Part shown: positions 1 to 7,139 of the stretch, piece by piece
How the letters are laid out: each line of letters begins with the position of its first letter
Numbering within the stretch: position 1 is the stretch's first letter
Virus genome (UHGV): UHGV-1724027
Source of the DNA: a virus
Direction: 5' to 3' (one strand)
Length of the DNA: 13,124 bases
Made by a program: the position numbers and the translations under genes
The notes under the pieces: generated by a model
Told to the model about the DNA's origin: nothing
Database searches by the model: none
The model's input: only the letters and a program-made list of their open reading frames with translations

Positions 1-518
1 TACATGTAGTTTATTTCAGGAGTAGGCTTTTTAGTTGGTAAAAAAGCAAATTTTGAGTTGGAATAATAATGACGTCCATTTAAATGAACTGTATATTCAT
101 CCATAGTTTTATCAACAGGATATCCTCCAAGTGATTTTTCACTTATTGTTGAAGGTAATCTTCCTTCGTATGCTATAATATCAACAAAATAGTTTAAGTT
201 TTTAGGGCGGAAAGAATACACCGCACTAAAGTCTGCCTCAGATGATATATGAACTATCTGGAGTTGTTCCAGGGCGACAGATTCAAAGCGTGCAGTTCTT
301 TCCTTTTCAATAATTTCACTGTATGTTTCATACTTTGATTGCTTATAGTACTCAAAGAAACTATCTCCCCTATACCAAACAATCGCCATCATAAATAAAA
401 GAATTACGACAGCTACCCGGGAAGCAAGAACCTTCCCAGTAGCGTTATCTTTGAACAAGCGATCTAGAACACCAAACAGAATATCAGAGGGCGAAAATGA
501 TATTCTAGGTGCTGCCAT
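1..518 (-). CDS. t: Holin T (gene t), 5' portion only; the ORF runs off the left edge of the window (about 172 of ~218 codons present)
   Basis: Minus-strand translation from ATG (complement of 516..518) reads MAAPRISFSPSDILFGVLDRLFKDNATGKVLASRVAVVILLFMMAIVWYRGDSFFEYYKQSKYETYSEIIEKERTARFE..., which matches my recollection of T4 holin T. A strong RBS (AAGGAGGG) sits 5 nt upstream. It is absent from the supplied ORF track because it is truncated by the window edge. Position directly downstream of gene 38 matches T-even gene order. Confidence 0.9.
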   Translation of the reverse strand, partial: MAAPRISFSPSDILFGVLDRLFKDNATGKVLASRVAVVILLFMMAIVWYRGDSFFEYYKQSKYETYSEIIEKERTARFESVALEQLQIVHISSEADFSAVYSFRPKNLNYFVDIIAYEGRLPSTISEKSLGGYPVDKTMDEYTVHLNGRHYYSNSKFAFLPTKKPTPEINYM

Positions 519-548
519 AGACCCTCCTTTTAAGGATATTTATTCAAA

Positions 549-1343
549 TTATACTCTTGCACCATATATTGTACCAACTTTAGTCCAAGTTGGAGCATTA
601 CCAGTAACAGCTTTACCAGCCGCACCGGGGGAGTTCGAATAGCCGCTCAATCTAACCGCATCCTTACCTCGTTCACCAACGTTACCGCCATCGCCGCCGT
701 AGTATCCAACGCCGGAATACATTTTTCCGCCTGCACCTGGAGATGTTAAAGATGCCGATGATCCCGGGGCTGCTGCGCCATTATTGCCACCAGCTCCGAA
801 AGGACGTCCACCGCCACCGCCAGAAACGTATTTACCTCCCCATCCATTATCAGTTGATTGGGCGCCACCACCGCCACCACCGCCAGCAATCGCTCCATTA
901 TTAGTGATTCGTAGACGAGTACCTATACCATTGTTAATTGCAGTACCGCCAGCTTGCCCTGCCTGGTTTCCCGCTTGCGCGCCACGACCACCACGACCAT
1001 ATACTGTTACGCCACCATTTATAATAAGCGTTACATAAGCATTAGTTAATGAACTAGGAAAATCTAAGCAAGGTTGCCCAGCTGATGAAGAAACAATATT
1101 TCCTGTAATAGTAACAACAACAGGAGTACTACCTTGAGATTTGAGATAATTTATTAGCGTGTCTTTATTATATGAATTACTAGCGCCAATACTGTAATAT
1201 ACTTCTTTAGATTGCCCAGCCATTGAACTCATCCAACCGGGAACTGAAACACGAACTGCTCTCATCGCAGCATCCATCCAACGTTGTCCAGTTTCATTCA
1301 CGGCAGATTCGCCAATCCAGCCAGGAACACCTACAATTGCCAT
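549..1343 (-). CDS. 38: gp38 receptor-recognising adhesin of the T2/T6 type (264 aa), with glycine-rich motifs alternating with short variable segments
   Basis: The N-terminus MAIVGVPGWIGESAVNETGQRWM resembles the conserved gp37-attachment domain of T2-like gp38 as I recall it. Residues ~109-227 are poly-Gly blocks (GRGGRG, GGGGGGG, GGGGGRPFGAGG, GGDGG) separated by short non-Gly inserts. ATG at complement of 1341..1343 with an AAGGA RBS. At 264 aa it fits T2-type gp38 (~260 aa), not the 183-aa T4 gp38 assembly chaperone. Confidence 0.9.
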   Translation of the reverse strand: MAIVGVPGWIGESAVNETGQRWMDAAMRAVRVSVPGWMSSMAGQSKEVYYSIGASNSYNKDTLINYLKSQGSTPVVVTITGNIVSSSAGQPCLDFPSSLTNAYVTLIINGGVTVYGRGGRGAQAGNQAGQAGGTAINNGIGTRLRITNNGAIAGGGGGGGAQSTDNGWGGKYVSGGGGGRPFGAGGNNGAAAPGSSASLTSPGAGGKMYSGVGYYGGDGGNVGERGKDAVRLSGYSNSPGAAGKAVTGNAPTWTKVGTIYGARV

Positions 1344-1354
1344 TAAAAATCCTT

Positions 1355-1372
1355 AGAGGGCCGAAGCCCTCT
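1355..1372 (-). other. Stable RNA hairpin with UUCG tetraloop in the 37-38 intergenic spacer (mRNA stem AGAGGGC-UUCG-GCCCUCU)
   Basis: Perfect 7-bp inverted repeat around a TTCG loop, read directly from the sequence. It lies immediately 3' of the gene 37 stop and is followed by AAGGA (the gene 38 RBS) and then TTTTT. Because the U-run is not adjacent to the stem, this is more likely an mRNA-stability or translation-modulating structure than a strong terminator. Confidence 0.55.
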
Positions 1373-1373
1373 T

Positions 1374-4300
1374 TTACATAAGTTTAGATTCAAGTTCTTT
1401 TACACGAGAAGAAAGTGTTTTCACAGCTTCAACCAGAAGAGCAATCTGGGATTGAGAAGAAACAGTGAGTATTTTATTACCCTTAATATCTTCAACTTCA
1501 CGAACTGCTTCTGGTAAAACATCTTGCAGTGTTTGAGCCACAATACCCGCTTCAGTTTGAACAATTTCACCGCCTATATAGTCAGCTTTATCATAGATTA
1601 AACCATCAAGCTGTTCAACCTTTTCAAGAGCATTTTCAATAGGTCTGAAATTAGATTTCAAACGAATATCAGAACGAATATAAACGTTTGGGGCATTTAT
1701 ATTCATGTCAGAATAAGTGTCACCCGTTTGGAATCTCATTCGGCGTGCGGCATTAGTAATGATATCAAGAACTCCGTCAGCGGATTGTTTAATTCCGGTA
1801 TCATTATCACCAAATGCTATACTATTTCCACCAAGTGCGTTATTGATATTAATACCAAATGAATTTGTTTGATTAATACCAGCTACAGTAGCATTATTTA
1901 CTACAAAGCGGTTAGCTCCACCTGGAGTCTTTTCAAAGTAAGCAATATAGTTAGTGTCATCGGCAATTTCAATGCGGTTACCGCGAGAAGCATCACCAGC
2001 ATGAAATATTCTCATATTTCTCGGGTTCGCACCGGACTTATCAAAGTTAATAGAACCATTATCTTTGACGTTTATGCTATTATAGAATAAAGCAGCGCTG
2101 CGAACAGCTATGCCATTATTCATCATCACTTCGCCGGTTGTTAAGTTAATTGCGAAAGGACGTTTACTATTCCAATCACCATTAACAGTTGCTGCGCCAT
2201 CGGTGGCATTTTTATCTGTAAACAGAATATAAAAACTGCCGCCGTCATTTCGTAACATTGTAGCCACAGAACCAGTTTTATCGGCATTGCTTCTGATACG
2301 AATACCGGTTTGGCTATTAATAGCTATTTCAGAATCGGCTTCATAACGCTTCACACCGTTAGGGGTAGGAGCCAAGTTGTTCAGAACACTAGCAACCTGT
2401 CCTTGAATAGCCGTCTCAGGAAGTTCAACCGCAGTTTCTGTTGCACCCGGTTGGTCCGTTGCAAATATCTGATTAATGGTAGCATTAGGAGTAGCATAAT
2501 AAGAAACTGCTAACGCCTGAGCATAAGTACCAACGTTTACATAGATGTCATAAACATCGCCTGATGTATTGACCGTTGCAACATTCTTAATACCCTGACC
2601 GATATCCATCGACCAAACAACAGCGTTAATACCTTTCGGGTTATTGTTCGAAGTTCTTAAAACAATTTTCGAAGTAACGCATTGGTGTGGGGTGTTGACA
2701 TTATATCCATTACCACCAGCAATTTCGAATGTGACGGTTGAAGTGGATTGTGGCATTGTTACAGTGGCTAATTTATACCAACCGCCAGTACCTGAATAAG
2801 AAACCATTCGGGTATTGACTTTACGGTCTAGTGTCAAGTTCAAGTTAGCAAAGTTAGGTAATGAACCGCCCGTGATATTACCGTCAGTACCAATACGAAC
2901 CGTACCAGCGCCTAATTTACCAGGGGAAATAAAATCACCGGTTCTATTGAATTCCCACCCGAAGTCCTTAATTAAAGGGCCCGTCGAATCATTATCACCA
3001 CCTTCATGATAATGAACTCTAAAGTTACCACCATTAATTAGAGTTCCTAAAGAATAACAGCTATTTCCTTGAACATATCGTTGTTTCAAAATAGGAACAT
3101 ATGTACTAGTATCAGTTCTATCAATATTCATATAGAACGGCGCACGTACATTTTCATTATTTTGGGAAGCAAAAGAACCCGCTCCGGCCGGACGTGCTCT
3201 ATCAGTACATTCTGCATCAATGTATGCCGACTGACCTATCTGCATTCTGAAATTAGGAGAAATGCGACTATTACTAGTAACAACAACAAGTTTGTTATCA
3301 TTGTCCACTGTAATCATATTACCGCCAGCACCATCGTCACCTAACGTGACAGAATGACGCATTTGCACCATACCATTATTAAGGCTGATACTTAATGGGC
3401 GAAGATTACTTATTCCGCCAGATTCACCTGCATCTTTAGGAGTTGGAATAATATGCAATGCCGCCTCTGAACGACGGAAAATAGCACCGTATTCAGCATT
3501 CCAAATTCTTAATGCATCTGCCGTTCCACCGAATTTAGCCTGACCATTTACAGATAATCCATTATTTGCAACTAAACTTGATTCAGTAACAATAGAACCA
3601 GATGATGTAATACCACCAGAAGTTAATAAACCACCATTAACTCGAAATTGAATAGGTCCGACGGTAGAACCTGATCCGGGAGCAACTCGTTGAGAATAAA
3701 AATGGTAACCTTGTCCATCTGATACTTCAAAAACTGTTTCACGGGAACGATCGCCAGAAGCGTTAAATGAATTACCCCATGCTTTAACAGTTACATAGCT
3801 TTTATTCTGACCAGCACGAGTACCGCCTTCCCACAAAATTTGCTTAGTGCCATCAATTGTAGTAGTTGGAGCGAATGTTAGCCCAGCAGTAGAATTATTA
3901 GCTGCTAAATATATGCCGTTATATATTGAAAGCTGCTTAACAGATGTAATACCGCCATCAGCATAAAACATTACATTATTAGAGCCAGTTACCAATTTCA
4001 AAATACCCGGGTTAACTTCCATGCCTTCTTGAGTATTAATATTAGTTTTTCCTTTACCACGGAAATAGTGGTTCATTTTTCCGCCAGAATTATATCCAAT
4101 ATGGGTTTGACCGTCTCCAGCAGTGTTTTCATCAGCCTGTGTTTGAACCGATAAAAACGCGGCGTTCGTTCCAGGCATATTCCATGTTCCGCCTTGGTCT
4201 TCTGAACGTCCAAATAATGCTTTACGAGTACTACGGAAACTGTCAGGAGTAATAGACGCGATAGAAAGACCATTAGCAACTAAATCATATACACCAGATC

Positions 4301-5285
4301 TTTTATATGATACACCAGTTGCGGCATCTCCAATGACTATATAGCATTCACCCATTGCTCCAGTGGAGCCGTAATTATTAATGTTTTCATCTGTTGTAAT
4401 TGTACCAATTGCGAGTGAGCGTCGCAACACTAAAGACCCATCATTGCGAAGGCCCATTTGTTTATTAACGGCTGTATTACCGGTCCACCAAGACAGTTCA
4501 TCACTTTTTCCGGTTTGTGCAGAAGCTAATTCATGATAAATCGTACCACCAGATTTTGCACGGAATTTACGAAGGTAATTAATTCCGTTTGTTTCACCAG
4601 TTCCAGGATAAACATATTGAACTAATGACTGCGAATCGTATTGTCCAAATGCTTTTGTGTCAAATACTATAGTCTTTGTATTGATTTGCGGAGCAGAAAC
4701 TACCCCAGTAGCCGAATTAATATTACCAGAAGCAGAAATATTTCCATCTGTTACTGTCAAACTTCCTGTATCAACAACAAATCCACCATCTCTACGAAAT
4801 GTCCAGTATTTTGAAGTTCCCGATTCGTTGATATAATGAATTTTAAAACTACCTTCGTTTACTAACGTACCAACAGAAAAAGTTCCATCTTTATAGCGTT
4901 GTTTAATCAGCGGATGATATTCTGAAACGGAAGTAGTTGAGCTCAAATCTGTAAAGACAGGAGCTTTATTTAGGTGTTGATTTGCCCATGCACCATTACC
5001 AGCTGTTTTAGGTAAAAATTCAATATATTTTCCTGCATAAACAAACTGATTTCCATTGAGATTATATGTACCGTTCTGTAAATAATCTCCAGTTTGTGTG
5101 ATATTTCCACTGATATTACCGCCAGCGGAAATGCTTAAATCAATGATATTTCCTGAATCATCTTTAGTAAAAATTGTTCTATCTTTTAAGTTTATAGCCA
5201 ATTCGCCTTCGGCTAATACTGAAGCAGCAGGACGTGCACCTGCGGTTTTGCTTCTTTTAAATTGTATTTGTTTTAAAGTAGCCAT
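1374..5285 (-). CDS. 37: gp37, long tail fiber distal subunit (1303 aa); T4-like N-terminal and central parts, with a C-terminal self-cleaving chaperone module
   Basis: N-terminus [48 protein letters not shown] matches my recollection of T4 gp37. The internal segment [31 protein letters not shown] parallels a segment of gp34. The C-terminus carries the motif S-D-I-R-L-K. ATG at complement of 5283..5285 preceded by a GAGGA RBS, 8 nt after the gene 36 stop. Confidence 0.95.
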   Translation of the reverse strand: MATLKQIQFKRSKTAGARPAASVLAEGELAINLKDRTIFTKDDSGNIIDLSISAGGNISGNITQTGDYLQNGTYNLNGNQFVYAGKYIEFLPKTAGNGAWANQHLNKAPVFTDLSSTTSVSEYHPLIKQRYKDGTFSVGTLVNEGSFKIHYINESGTSKYWTFRRDGGFVVDTGSLTVTDGNISASGNINSATGVVSAPQINTKTIVFDTKAFGQYDSQSLVQYVYPGTGETNGINYLRKFRAKSGGTIYHELASAQTGKSDELSWWTGNTAVNKQMGLRNDGSLVLRRSLAIGTITTDENINNYGSTGAMGECYIVIGDAATGVSYKRSGVYDLVANGLSIASITPDSFRSTRKALFGRSEDQGGTWNMPGTNAAFLSVQTQADENTAGDGQTHIGYNSGGKMNHYFRGKGKTNINTQEGMEVNPGILKLVTGSNNVMFYADGGITSVKQLSIYNGIYLAANNSTAGLTFAPTTTIDGTKQILWEGGTRAGQNKSYVTVKAWGNSFNASGDRSRETVFEVSDGQGYHFYSQRVAPGSGSTVGPIQFRVNGGLLTSGGITSSGSIVTESSLVANNGLSVNGQAKFGGTADALRIWNAEYGAIFRRSEAALHIIPTPKDAGESGGISNLRPLSISLNNGMVQMRHSVTLGDDGAGGNMITVDNDNKLVVVTSNSRISPNFRMQIGQSAYIDAECTDRARPAGAGSFASQNNENVRAPFYMNIDRTDTSTYVPILKQRYVQGNSCYSLGTLINGGNFRVHYHEGGDNDSTGPLIKDFGWEFNRTGDFISPGKLGAGTVRIGTDGNITGGSLPNFANLNLTLDRKVNTRMVSYSGTGGWYKLATVTMPQSTSTVTFEIAGGNGYNVNTPHQCVTSKIVLRTSNNNPKGINAVVWSMDIGQGIKNVATVNTSGDVYDIYVNVGTYAQALAVSYYATPNATINQIFATDQPGATETAVELPETAIQGQVASVLNNLAPTPNGVKRYEADSEIAINSQTGIRIRSNADKTGSVATMLRNDGGSFYILFTDKNATDGAATVNGDWNSKRPFAINLTTGEVMMNNGIAVRSAALFYNSINVKDNGSINFDKSGANPRNMRIFHAGDASRGNRIEIADDTNYIAYFEKTPGGANRFVVNNATVAGINQTNSFGININNALGGNSIAFGDNDTGIKQSADGVLDIITNAARRMRFQTGDTYSDMNINAPNVYIRSDIRLKSNFRPIENALEKVEQLDGLIYDKADYIGGEIVQTEAGIVAQTLQDVLPEAVREVEDIKGNKILTVSSQSQIALLVEAVKTLSSRVKELESKLM
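1377..1670 (-). other. Predicted C-terminal intramolecular chaperone / autoproteolytic module of gp37 (peptidase S74-like), C-terminal 98 residues; predicted cleavage between Ser1205 and Asp1206
   Basis: The motif ...NVYIRS|[34 protein letters not shown]... is seen in the translation. It resembles the S-D-x-R-L-K signature that I associate with self-cleaving chaperone domains of phage fibers and tailspikes (K1F endosialidase, T5 pb1). The exact cleavage site is an inference. Confidence 0.6.
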
Positions 5286-5293
5286 AAGTCCTC

Positions 5294-5953
5294 TTAATAA
5301 TAGCCGAAATCTTGAACAGAATCCTTAATTACGATTTGGTCAAATCGCGGAACGTGTGAAGGTTGAGATGCAGGATTCTGTGAGAAAAAGTTTGGTGCGG
5401 TTAAGTTTCCAGTCATAGTGTCTCCTTTACGGAAAACTCTAGAATCCGCATTTGCCGTAACAGTATTTATTGCTCCATCAACATAGTCCTTTCTAGTAAG
5501 GTCATTCGCTGCTATAGGAGCAGCTGCATCACTTCTTACTTGACCTGCTGCCGACACAACACCTTTTGTACTAATATCACCATTACGTGTATTAATTACC
5601 ACAGTTCGGGCTGCTGAACCTTGCGATGATTTAAAACCAATACCATACCACGAAACAATATCCATATTTGTAGTATCATACGTGGCATTATCGCCAGGAC
5701 CAGCAAAAATACCATTGTCACCTGATCCTGCGCCAGGAACAGTCATTCCTTTATTAAAAATTACTTTATTTAAATATGTACCACCATTAGCTTTAGAAAC
5801 GAAATCGTTATCAACAGCTTGTGGTTTATTATATTCTGAATATATTTTAAATGATTTATAGAGTACATCGTCACCGGCTGGATTCAATGGAAAATTTCCT
5901 TGATGCCAAATGACAGAGCCTCCAGTTGTTGAACCTACTTTTAAATCAGCCAT
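5294..5953 (-). CDS. 36: gp36, long tail fiber distal connector (hinge) protein (219 aa)
   Basis: Size and position between genes 35 and 37 match T4 gp36 (221 aa). It is directly preceded by a late promoter box and an RBS, and its stop is 8 nt from the gene 37 start. Confidence 0.9.
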   Translation of the reverse strand: MADLKVGSTTGGSVIWHQGNFPLNPAGDDVLYKSFKIYSEYNKPQAVDNDFVSKANGGTYLNKVIFNKGMTVPGAGSGDNGIFAGPGDNATYDTTNMDIVSWYGIGFKSSQGSAARTVVINTRNGDISTKGVVSAAGQVRSDAAAPIAANDLTRKDYVDGAINTVTANADSRVFRKGDTMTGNLTAPNFFSQNPASQPSHVPRFDQIVIKDSVQDFGYY

Positions 5954-5976
5954 TGTATGCCCCTTTATTTTAATAG

Positions 5977-5984
5977 TATTTATA
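5977..5984 (-). promoter_or_regulatory. T4-type late promoter box TATAAATA (minus strand), upstream of gene 36
   Basis: Exact match to the T4 late-promoter consensus TATAAATA on the minus strand (plus-strand TATTTATA), about 25 nt upstream of the gene 36 ATG and immediately after the 35-36 terminator. Confidence 0.75.
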
Positions 5985-6010
5985 AAGAAAAAGGGAACCC
6001 GAAGGCTCCC
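5985..6010 (-). terminator. Rho-independent terminator between genes 35 and 36 (mRNA stem GGGAGCC-UUCG-GGUUCCC followed by UUUUUCUU)
   Basis: A 7-bp stem (one G-U pair) with a UUCG tetraloop, followed directly by a T-rich run on the minus strand, starting 5 nt after the gene 35 stop. Confidence 0.7.
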
Positions 6011-6015
6011 TCAAT

Positions 6016-7131
6016 TTATACTTCTCTAAATTCTTGCCCAAACACTTTACCAGTTTTAGACGATGCTTGTGTAGGAAGTACCATTATATCCGGAGGTGAA
6101 GCAGATTCACAGATATAATTAACACGAATACCATTGACGCCAAATTCAGCAGGTTTTGAAATACCGCCGTTTCTTGATACTTCAGAAAAGCTTAAATTTC
6201 TCATGCCACCTTGGCCAGCTTGTGCAGTTCTTTGTGCATATATCGTAAATCCTACAGCGTTTTCTGGAACAACTACATAATCTTCCTTTAATTCCCATGA
6301 CCCAGCTTGTCCAGTAAATTCAGCCTGTGTTGAAGAAATATATCCGTTAGATGCATTATAAAATCGAATGGATATATTCGTAGTTCCAAGAGCAAGTAAA
6401 TCAGCATCAGCATATAACTGAGCTTTAAGATAAAGAACATCACCAGGAATTAAATTATAATCAGATAATTTACTTATAGCAGCTGAAGTTGGTAGACGCG
6501 CAATTTCGTTATTAGTTCCACCAACCGCTGACATAAATTGCTCAACGCTTTCATACGTTCTTCTTGGAAACCCGGTAGCTCCGACATCTTCTAAACTGTC
6601 AAATACAACATCTAAAATAGTTTGATAATCATCTGTGCTTTTTCTATTACTTAATTTAACATGCTCTAATGCGATAGCTCTTTTAGAAGAAGTATAAAAA
6701 GCAGCATATGATACGTCGAATCTTGACAATATAGAATCAGATGGAAAAGCAGACGTTCCGGCGGTTCTTAACCAAGATACTACTTCAGGAGGAAAATTAA
6801 CCTTTCCGTTAGTTAATATAGCAACAATTCGATTATTCGTCAAAGAATTCATAAAACTAACAAAAGCAGCTGATGTAGTATCATTTGAAGTCGAAAAAGC
6901 ATATGACTTACTATCAACTAATGCTCCGGTGGAAGGGTCAAAAACTCTTAAATGAAGGCCTGCGCTAAATGTTTGACTTCCTACAGGATTATCCTGAAAT
7001 TTAACGTATGGTCCTGCAGTAGAAAGCGGGCAAGAACCCGCTATGCTTATTTTATATCTTACTGAATTGCTTTCCGATAAAAACGGCGTTTGGACATATC
7101 CTTGTCCAAACTCTGCCATAAATTTTTCCAT
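6016..7131 (-). CDS. 35: gp35, long tail fiber hinge protein joining proximal and distal half-fibers (371 aa)
   Basis: Size (371 aa against 372 in T4) and position between 34 and 36. An AAGAGG RBS lies in the 8-nt spacer after the gene 34 stop. Confidence 0.9.
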   Translation of the reverse strand: MEKFMAEFGQGYVQTPFLSESNSVRYKISIAGSCPLSTAGPYVKFQDNPVGSQTFSAGLHLRVFDPSTGALVDSKSYAFSTSNDTTSAAFVSFMNSLTNNRIVAILTNGKVNFPPEVVSWLRTAGTSAFPSDSILSRFDVSYAAFYTSSKRAIALEHVKLSNRKSTDDYQTILDVVFDSLEDVGATGFPRRTYESVEQFMSAVGGTNNEIARLPTSAAISKLSDYNLIPGDVLYLKAQLYADADLLALGTTNISIRFYNASNGYISSTQAEFTGQAGSWELKEDYVVVPENAVGFTIYAQRTAQAGQGGMRNLSFSEVSRNGGISKPAEFGVNGIRVNYICESASPPDIMVLPTQASSKTGKVFGQEFREV

Positions 7132-7139
7132 AATACCTC

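Noticed and set aside
519-548. Possible late promoter for gene t in the 38-t spacer (minus-strand AATAAATA)
   Set aside because: It is only a 7-of-8 match to TATAAATA, and the first position is regarded as important. Not called as a feature.
451-642. Plus-strand 63-aa ORF spanning the 38/t junction
   Set aside because: It runs antisense to the holin start and the gene 38 3' end, both of which are strongly supported. No RBS and no recognisable protein features.
784-1038. Plus-strand 84-aa proline-rich ORF (PPPPPP...)
   Set aside because: It is the antisense reading of the gp38 glycine-repeat region (GGN codons read as NCC = Pro). It has no RBS or promoter context and lies wholly inside gene 38.
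1869-5328. Several short plus-strand ORFs (1869..2090, 2310..2513, 2815..3009, 3069..3344, 5098..5328) and a minus-strand ORF at 4073..4279
   Set aside because: All are nested inside the well-supported gene 37 in antisense or alternative frames. Their translations are low-complexity (Ile/Ser/Asn-rich) with no start signals, so they are spurious products of AT-rich sequence.
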